Assembly: GCA_964591795.1 (NCBI GenBank) | Contig: CAZQEL010000007.1 | Span: 1-32,000, forward strand | DNA: 32,000 bases | Origin: an uncultured archaeon | GTDB taxonomy: Archaea; Iainarchaeota; Iainarchaeia; Iainarchaeales; CSSED10-239 | Direction: 5' to 3' | Part shown: piece by piece, positions 25,552 to 32,000 of the stretch | Layout: each line of letters starts with the position of its first letter | How positions within the stretch are numbered: position 1 is the first letter of the stretch | Notes under the pieces: generated by a model | The model's input: the letters and a program-made list of their open reading frames with translations, nothing else | Database searches by the model: none | Told to the model about the DNA's origin: nothing | Made by a program: the position numbers and the translations under genes

Positions 25552-25715
25552 TTTATAAGATTAAGTTTAAACTTTATCTAAACACACATGTTTTATTTAA
25601 AAAACACCTAAATCGTATACTTTAACTAAAATTTAATTATTTAATATAAACTCATAATAATCAATAATTAAAACCAATTAATTTATTCAAAAAATAAAAA
25701 TATATAAAAATAACT

Positions 25716-26681
25716 TTAAGCCAAAAAGAAAATCACATATACTAAAAATAAAATATATATTGTAAATAAAATAATTGCTTGTTTTTTATTTAAAGTATTA
25801 TTTTGAGATAAAAAATATAATATAAGTATTGATGAACCTAAAAGCCCAAAAATGATTTCAATATGTGTGAAATTAATTGCAGTTGACATTCCAAGAACAA
25901 TAGCTAAAAAAACAGGAATACTTAATCCAATTAATATGTCAACAATATTAGATCCAAAAACATTTGATATAGCATCATTAATATCTCCTTTTTTTGCATT
26001 AATAATTGAAATAATTGCATCTGGAATAGATGTTGCTATCGCAACAATAGTAAACCCAATTATTACAGGACTAATTTTTAAATATTCAGAAATATAAATT
26101 GCAGTATATGTCAAAAAATAAGTTGCAATACCAATAATTATAAAAGCTATAATAAAAGTTGTAAGTTCTTTTTTTAAAGAAATATTAAAGGATTTTACAG
26201 CAAATTGTTTTTTATATAACTTTGAATCTTTTCTAAGTACAAATACATACCATAAATAAATACAAATAAAAAAGATAACTATAAATAAATTCCAATTACT
26301 AAAGTAAAATACAGAAATTAATAATAAAAATATTGACATTATATAAAAAATTGCATCTCTTGAAATTACCTTAGAATTAACTTTAAATACTACTGGAGAT
26401 ATAAACACACAAATTGCTGGAATTATTAATAAATTAAATAATGCTGAACCAGAAATAGTACCTAATCCTAATTCAAATTTTTTAAATAACAATATAGAAA
26501 AAACAGCAACCATTAACTCAGGGAAAGAACTTGAGATTGCATCAAAGGTAGCTCCCTTAACTGATCTTGGTAATCTGAAATAATCTCCTAAATTTGAAGA
26601 AGCTACTGTGAATTTACTTCCTGCAAAATAAATAACTACACCTGAAAGAACAAAAATGATGATTGAAAATAGTAAATTCAT
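25716..26681 (-). CDS. Ca2+/cation (Na+/Ca2+) antiporter, CaCA family (YrbG/NCX_Mj-like)
   Basis: About 10 TM segments with two alpha-repeats: ISSSFPELMVAVFS...GTISGSALFNLLIIP and IATSIPDAIISIINAKKGDINDAISNVFGSNIVDILIGL. Confidence 0.85.
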   Translation of the reverse strand: MNLLFSIIIFVLSGVVIYFAGSKFTVASSNLGDYFRLPRSVKGATFDAISSSFPELMVAVFSILLFKKFELGLGTISGSALFNLLIIPAICVFISPVVFKVNSKVISRDAIFYIMSIFLLLISVFYFSNWNLFIVIFFICIYLWYVFVLRKDSKLYKKQFAVKSFNISLKKELTTFIIAFIIIGIATYFLTYTAIYISEYLKISPVIIGFTIVAIATSIPDAIISIINAKKGDINDAISNVFGSNIVDILIGLSIPVFLAIVLGMSTAINFTHIEIIFGLLGSSILILYFLSQNNTLNKKQAIILFTIYILFLVYVIFFLA

Positions 26682-26816
26682 ATTAAATAAATAGTAGAAA
26701 AACTATATAAATTGTAGTTATTTTAATTAATGTTTTAATTAAAAATAGAAATGTATATAAATAAATGTAGTAAATATATATAAATAATTAACAAATATTA
26801 AACTAAGAGATTACAT

Positions 26817-27497
26817 ATGAACAAATTAGAATCAATAGGGTTTATTCTTGATGGAAATAGAACTTACGGAAAATTAAAAAAAATATCATATTCTGAAGCT
26901 TACCAGAAAGGTGCTGACAAAGCAATAAATATGATAAATTATATTTATGAAAAACACACAGAAATAAAACAAATACAACTATATGCATTATCTAAAGAAA
27001 ATATAAAAAATAGAAACAAATTAGAATTAAAAGAACTATATAATCTTTTTATTAAAAATTTTAATATAATTAATAATTTTAAAAATAAAGATATTAATAT
27101 TAAATTTATTGGAAGATTTAATTATTTTTCAAAAATAATTAAAAATCAAATATCTAAAATTAATAATAAAAATAAAAATGCAAGATTAACAGTATATTTT
27201 TGTATAGGTTATGGTGGAAAAACAGAAATAATTGATGCTGTAAACCTAATTATTAAAAACAAAGTTAAAAAAGTTACTGAAGAAAACTTTAAAAACTACT
27301 TATATGACCCAGAATTAATTGATCCAGATGTAATTGTAAGAACCTCAAATCAAAAAAGATTATCTGGATTTTTATTATATCACTCAGCTTATTCAGAACT
27401 AATTTTTTTAAAAAAATTATGGCCAGAAATTACTAATTATGATATAGATAAAATAATTAATAATTATAAAGGTATAAAAAGAAACTTTGGAAAATAA
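26817..27497 (+). CDS. uppS: cis-prenyltransferase (undecaprenyl / di-trans,poly-cis-polyprenyl diphosphate synthase)
   Basis: IGFILDGNRTYGK (the DGNRR motif region), YALSKENIKNR, and VRTSNQKRLSGFLLYHSAYSELIF (the RTSGExRLSNFLLWQ equivalent). Confidence 0.85.
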   Translation: MNKLESIGFILDGNRTYGKLKKISYSEAYQKGADKAINMINYIYEKHTEIKQIQLYALSKENIKNRNKLELKELYNLFIKNFNIINNFKNKDINIKFIGRFNYFSKIIKNQISKINNKNKNARLTVYFCIGYGGKTEIIDAVNLIIKNKVKKVTEENFKNYLYDPELIDPDVIVRTSNQKRLSGFLLYHSAYSELIFLKKLWPEITNYDIDKIINNYKGIKRNFGK

Positions 27498-27509
27498 AAA
27501 TAAAAAAAC

Positions 27510-28937
27510 CTATCCAAAAAAGATAGGTCTTTTACTCAAACAACGTGGTAAAGAAAACAATACTTTTGGATATAATTTAATTTGATCCAATATTTCCATT
27601 TCTAATTGCTTTTGATCACAATTAATTTTAATATTACCTTCTCTTTTATTAACACTAAATACATTAGATTCTATTTCTTTATTTCCAATCACAAGAACAT
27701 AAGGAATCCATTCTTTTCTAGCATTTACAATTTTTTTTGATAATCTATTATCTGAATCATCAATATCCCACCTTATATTTTCATTAAATTTAAGATTTTT
27801 ACAAAAGGATAATTGTTTTTCAGAAACTGGGATTACTCTCAACTGAATAGGAGAGCACCATAAAGGTAAACTAGAAATTTCTTTTTTTAAAGCTTGTTCT
27901 AGTAATGAATACATTAATCTTTCTATGGAACCTATTGAAGAATGACAAATAACATATCCTTTTTTGTCACCACTAGCTCCTATATAACCTAAACCATAAA
28001 TTTCAGAATCCTTAATATCTAATTGTATAGTACTTAGTTGAACATTTCCATTTACACTATCAATTGCTTGATATTCATTTTTTAAAGCCCAATAATGTTT
28101 CATTTCAGATAATAATTCAATAAACACTGGTTTATTAGAATATTTTGCAATGTTTAAAATCATTGGTTTATATTGTTCATAATATTTTTCAACAACTCTA
28201 AAAACTAATGCAAAATCAATTTTCAAACCATTTAATAGTTTATCAAATTTATTATGAATACACAAGAATTCTTCTTTAGCAAAATCTGCATCTTTTGAAA
28301 AACTATGAATATCTGGCATGTGAAATGCTCTAAGTCTTTTTAATCCAGATAATTCTCCTCTTTTTTCATATCTAAAACTTTTAGAAAATTCATAAATTCT
28401 TAAAGGTAATTGATTATGATTCACATTAGCTGATTTTAACATTTTAAATAAACCAAAATCCCCTGCAAACCTTAAAATAAATTCTTTATTTTTATTATCT
28501 GGTAACTTAACAACATAATGTCTTTCATGGAACGATTTTGCTTGTTCAAATATTTCTGGATCACTCCAATCATATAACACAGGAGAATCTATTTCAAAAC
28601 ATTCTAAATCATCAATTGCAATCTTATCACACCACTCTTTTATTAAATTAAATAAAATTTTTCCTTTTGGAAATAATTGAAAATGACCAGAATCACTAGA
28701 TGAAACATATCCTACTAATTCTTGTTGTTGCATAACTTTAATTGAAGGAGGTTCTTTATTTGAAACTATTTTTAGTTCTTCTGAAATAACATAATTTTTA
28801 AGGTTATTATCTTCAATTTTATTTAAGATATTTATTACTTCTTGGTTATTTTCTAAATTCAAATTAATTTCAGAACCATCTTGTTTTAAAATTAAATATT
28901 TTGAACTTATATTTTGTGCAATTTCTTCTCTATTCAT
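27510..28937 (-). CDS. thrS: threonyl-tRNA synthetase, archaeal type, catalytic plus anticodon-binding domains only
   Basis: Class II motif 2 FRYEKRGELSGLKRLRAFHMPDIHSF. EPPSIKVMQQQELVGYVSSSDSGHFQLFPKG matches the archaeal ThrRS linker and start of the catalytic core. C-terminal anticodon-binding domain (LPLWCSPIQLRVIPVS...PYVLVIGNKE). The start is set at the ATG at 28937 (AGGTGG 5 nt upstream) rather than the GTG at 28946. Confidence 0.85.
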   Translation of the reverse strand: MNREEIAQNISSKYLILKQDGSEINLNLENNQEVINILNKIEDNNLKNYVISEELKIVSNKEPPSIKVMQQQELVGYVSSSDSGHFQLFPKGKILFNLIKEWCDKIAIDDLECFEIDSPVLYDWSDPEIFEQAKSFHERHYVVKLPDNKNKEFILRFAGDFGLFKMLKSANVNHNQLPLRIYEFSKSFRYEKRGELSGLKRLRAFHMPDIHSFSKDADFAKEEFLCIHNKFDKLLNGLKIDFALVFRVVEKYYEQYKPMILNIAKYSNKPVFIELLSEMKHYWALKNEYQAIDSVNGNVQLSTIQLDIKDSEIYGLGYIGASGDKKGYVICHSSIGSIERLMYSLLEQALKKEISSLPLWCSPIQLRVIPVSEKQLSFCKNLKFNENIRWDIDDSDNRLSKKIVNARKEWIPYVLVIGNKEIESNVFSVNKREGNIKINCDQKQLEMEILDQIKLYPKVLFSLPRCLSKRPIFFG

Positions 28938-29324
28938 ACATACCACCTATAAATGTATTTTTTTATTTAAAAAGATAAATAGCTTACTTAACAATTATAG
29001 AAAAATAAGCTAAAAATAAAATTAGTTATTGGTGGTTGAGGTATATTGATAAATAGATAAACAGTTATTATTAAAATTATTTAAAAACATTTTTTGTATT
29101 TTCATAAATTACACCTCGTATATTAATAAATATATTAACTTACAAAACATTTATAAATTATATTTTTTATTTTTATTTAAAAAAACTAGTAAAAAATAAT
29201 AAAAATAAAAAAAAGAAAGATTATCTAGTTCAACTAATTCTTAAAATTATAGATTTAAAATTATTAAAAAAAGGCTATTATAAAAAAAGTAAAACTTTAT
29301 TTAATTAAAAAAATATAATTTTAT

Positions 29325-30209
29325 TTAAGATAAAAACTTATTAATAATTTCATCATTTATTTTTTTAAAAATTAATTTGTATTTCTCATCATATTCTACA
29401 ATAGGAATCTTATTTACCATTGCTTTAACAAAAGATTTATCAAAAGGAATTTTGGAAATTATTAAAATATTATTTTGTTTTGCAAATAATTCTATTTTAT
29501 CACAATATTTTTTATTTAAATCAAATTTATTAATAATTATTGAATATTTAATGTTAAAATGATTTACTATATCAATGGCTCTTAACATATCTTCATATCC
29601 AGCAATAGTTGGTTCAGTAATTAATAAAGCATAATCATTTCCAGTTACTGATGCTATAACTGGACATCCAATGCCTGCTGCAGAATCAATAATCATAATT
29701 TCTGCATTAGGTTCTATATCTTTTGCTTTTTTTCTAACTTCTGCAACTACTTTTCCAGATCCTGAACTACTTGAAAGTAATTGAGCAGAAGCAATTTTAA
29801 AATTATACTTTGTTTTAGCATATCCAATCTGTGCATTATTTACATTTTTAAGAGTAATTGCTTTATTTGGACAAACAAGCTCACACACTCCACATCCTTC
29901 ACAACTAAATTCTTTTAAAACTGGATAATTATTTTTAAAATCTAATGCATCAAAATAACAAGAATCTACACATTTTTTACAACCATTACATTTACTTTTA
30001 TCAATTATTGCTATTTGATTTGTTGATAAATAACTCCATTGTTCATAATCTTCTGGATATATTGAAAATAAAATTGATAAATTAGATCCATCTACATCAC
30101 AATCAGCACAAACTATTTTTTTATGTTCTGACATAGTAATAGCTAAAGATGCGACAATACTACTTTTACCAACTCCTCCTTTTCCTGATAACACAACTAA
30201 AGATTTCAT
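29325..30209 (-). CDS. MinD/ParA-superfamily P-loop ATPase with inserted 2x[4Fe-4S] ferredoxin domain (COG1149-like)
   Basis: Deviant Walker A LSGKGGVGKSS and DCDVDGSN. Inserted CNGCKKCVDSC and CEGCGVCELVCP. Walker B-like IIDSAAGIGCPV. Confidence 0.8.
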   Translation of the reverse strand: MKSLVVLSGKGGVGKSSIVASLAITMSEHKKIVCADCDVDGSNLSILFSIYPEDYEQWSYLSTNQIAIIDKSKCNGCKKCVDSCYFDALDFKNNYPVLKEFSCEGCGVCELVCPNKAITLKNVNNAQIGYAKTKYNFKIASAQLLSSSSGSGKVVAEVRKKAKDIEPNAEIMIIDSAAGIGCPVIASVTGNDYALLITEPTIAGYEDMLRAIDIVNHFNIKYSIIINKFDLNKKYCDKIELFAKQNNILIISKIPFDKSFVKAMVNKIPIVEYDEKYKLIFKKINDEIINKFLS

Positions 30210-30218
30210 ATTTTCCCT

Positions 30219-31067
30219 TTATTTTTTAAAATCGTCAAATATTGATAAAATATTTGAAATAATTATTGGTTTTCCTTCTGTATATGAATTAATAATTTCT
30301 TTAAAAAATTTAATTTCTAAAATAATATTAACATTATATTTATTTGCTAAAGATTCAATTTCTTTTTTTTCTCCAAAATCTGAACGATTAATAATAATAG
30401 ATCCTTTTTTATTTAATTTATTTAATAAATTTAAAATTATATTTAAATCATGAGCACCCAATGGTGTTGGTTCTGTAACTGTAATTATTTTATCAGCATA
30501 TTTTAATGCTGCAATAACAGGGCAATGAGATCCTGCCGCAGTATCAATAATAATGTAATCATAAAAAAATTTCATCTTTAATAATTCTTTATTTAAATTA
30601 TTTACTATAAACTCAGAAACTGGTTGATTTGTTTTTAGTTCACCAGATAATAAATCTAAATTATCTTTTTTACCTTTATATAAATGTCCAATTTCTTTTA
30701 ATTTCCAACTAATTGCATCAAACTTACAACTTATTTTACATGCTCCACAGCCATTACATTGCTCTGGTAAAAATATAGGATATTTATCTTTAATAAAAAC
30801 AATTGCATTATTTTTACATACTTTTGAACAAACACCACATTTTTCACATTTACTTAAATCAAAATTAGCTATTCTTTGTTCTATTTTTTTTAAATGTTCT
30901 TTTTTGATATTTAATAATAAATGATCATTAGGACAATCAACATCTGCATCTATCAATAAAACTTTGTTTTTTTTAGATAATTCATAGGCTAAAGCAGTTG
31001 CAACAGTTGATTTTCCTGTTCCACCTTTTCCACCAGTTACAGCAATAATCACAATTAATGTCCACAA
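30219..31067 (-). CDS. MinD/ParA-superfamily P-loop ATPase with inserted 2x[4Fe-4S] ferredoxin domain (COG1149-like), paralog
   Basis: VTGGKGGTGKST and DADVDCPN. Inserted CEKCGVCSKVC and CNGCGACKISC. IIDTAAGSHCPV. The track start is the TTG at 31067. A GTG at 31052, 2 nt after the upstream stop, gives a more typical MIIAVTGGKGG N-terminus. Confidence 0.8.
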   Translation of the reverse strand: MWTLIVIIAVTGGKGGTGKSTVATALAYELSKKNKVLLIDADVDCPNDHLLLNIKKEHLKKIEQRIANFDLSKCEKCGVCSKVCKNNAIVFIKDKYPIFLPEQCNGCGACKISCKFDAISWKLKEIGHLYKGKKDNLDLLSGELKTNQPVSEFIVNNLNKELLKMKFFYDYIIIDTAAGSHCPVIAALKYADKIITVTEPTPLGAHDLNIILNLLNKLNKKGSIIINRSDFGEKKEIESLANKYNVNIILEIKFFKEIINSYTEGKPIIISNILSIFDDFKK

Positions 31068-31873
31068 CTTTCTTTTAAATTAATAATATTATATAAATTA
31101 TCTATTACCTTGTTAATGGTATCATAATTACCTGTCTTTAAAGAAATATTATTTTCTTTTGCTTCTTTTATTGCTCTATCACCTATATCTCTTGCAAAAA
31201 TTGTAGTTATATTAAAAGCATCACAAATTTGAGCAATTGGACTTTTATTTGCATTTGTATGATCTAAATTATTTGGCACTATTTTTAAATCTTTTTTATT
31301 TACATTATATATTCCAAAAAAAGGAGCATGACCAAAATGCAAACTTATTTTTGACAATAATCCCTCATTATTTAATAATGGTAAAAATATTTTTTCTTCT
31401 TTATTATTTATTTTATTTTCTTTAAAAGCTTCTACTTTAGTAAATTCTACTTTAAGATCTTCTACTTTAGAATCTTCTACTTTAGAATCTTCTACTTTAG
31501 AATCTTCTACTTTAAGATCTTCTACTTTAGGAACTTCTACTTTATTATTAAACGAAATATTTAATATTTCATTTAAAGCATCTTTTGCAACACCAGATTT
31601 AGAATATACTTTAATTTTTAATTTATTTAAAATTGTTTCTGCATTTGGACCAACTGTACCAGTAATCAATGTATCTACATTTAAATTACCTAATTGTTCT
31701 GCAGCTTTTATACCAGCTCCATGTGCTTCTTGAATACATGTATTTGATATTGCTTGTGTATTGATTATTTTATTATTTTCTACATCTATAATTAAAAAAT
31801 ATTTACATCTTCCAAATCTTTGATCAATTAAAGAATCTAAATTTTCTTTGTCACAGGTTATCGCTATTTTCAT
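31055..31873 (-). CDS. tandem fusion of two NifX/NifB-C-terminal-like (Nitro_FeMo-Co, COG1433) domains joined by a KVEDx repeat linker
   Basis: Domain 1: MKIAITCD...IDQRFGRCKYFLIIDVEN...AHGAGIKAAEQL...DTLITGTVGPNA. Domain 2: ISLHFGHAPFFGIYNV...IFARDIGDRAIKEAKENNI. GAGGTGA lies 5 nt upstream of the ATG. Confidence 0.75.
   Translation of the reverse strand: MKIAITCDKENLDSLIDQRFGRCKYFLIIDVENNKIINTQAISNTCIQEAHGAGIKAAEQLGNLNVDTLITGTVGPNAETILNKLKIKVYSKSGVAKDALNEILNISFNNKVEVPKVEDLKVEDSKVEDSKVEDSKVEDLKVEFTKVEAFKENKINNKEEKIFLPLLNNEGLLSKISLHFGHAPFFGIYNVNKKDLKIVPNNLDHTNANKSPIAQICDAFNITTIFARDIGDRAIKEAKENNISLKTGNYDTINKVIDNLYNIINLKESCGH
31428..31547 (-). repeat. 8 x 15-bp in-frame tandem repeat encoding (K-V-E-D/x-x)8
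   Basis: Plus-strand units of tcttctactttagaa. The three central copies (31458-31502) are identical and the outer copies diverge. Encodes KVEVP KVEDL KVEDS KVEDS KVEDS KVEDL KVEFT KVEAF. Confidence 0.9.
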
Positions 31874-32000
31874 TAAATCACCTCATATTTATAGAATATA
31901 TATTCAAAACAAGTTTTAAATATATGCTTTTTATTAAATAATTAGATTTATTATTAAAAATAAATATTAATAATATTTATTATAAATATTAACAAAACCC

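Noticed and set aside
31428-31547. Possible CRISPR-like array
   Set aside because: The 15-bp units are directly adjacent with no spacers. They are in frame inside a CDS and encode a pentapeptide repeat, so this is not a CRISPR.
1-32000. Alternative genetic code or stop-codon recoding
   Set aside because: All conserved proteins (PpsA, XPD, ThrRS, DEAD-box helicase, HtpX and others) read through uninterrupted with the standard code and end at normal lengths. The only interrupted frames are explained as a frameshift (cysteine-synthase-like gene) or as decay (ATPase remnant).

Overview
Very AT-rich, gene-dense archaeal window. Archaeal markers are ribosomal protein eL42/L44e, a tRNA-Trp with a canonical bulge-helix-bulge intron, XPD/Rad3, NurA-like and HerA-like proteins, and an archaeal-type ThrRS. 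Small proteins, gene decay and the extreme AT bias suggest a reduced-genome, DPANN-like archaeon; that placement is inference. About 30 credible CDS and 3 tRNAs are present. Most are housekeeping: ppsA, htpX, lemA, uppS, thrS, a DEAD-box helicase, an SPFH/stomatin protein, an FKBP isomerase and a CaCA antiporter. Shine-Dalgarno-like GGAGG/GGTGA motifs lie 5-8 nt upstream of several starts and were used to refine them, including TTG and GTG starts. No CRISPR array, integrase, transposase or rRNA was seen. The best candidates for undescribed biology are: (1) a translationally coupled polytopic membrane protein plus a HerA/FtsK-type ATPase without a HAS barrel (14325-16297), unlinked to mre11/rad50/nurA; (2) a three-gene operon of a tandem NifX/NifB-like fusion plus two MinD-type ATPases with inserted 4Fe-4S domains (29325-31873), a module with no assigned function; (3) a repeat-structured 330-bp intergenic region rich in TTGCAA palindromes (7003-7334). 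Other notable points: a 114-nt tRNA-Trp intron; a tRNA-Leu with an apparent A34 (AAG) anticodon; a ThrRS lacking the editing domain; a cysteine-synthase-family gene frameshifted in a homopolymer; a decayed P-type ATPase remnant; a eukaryote-type 5'-nucleotidase III homolog. All family assignments come from motif recognition by eye, with no searches run.
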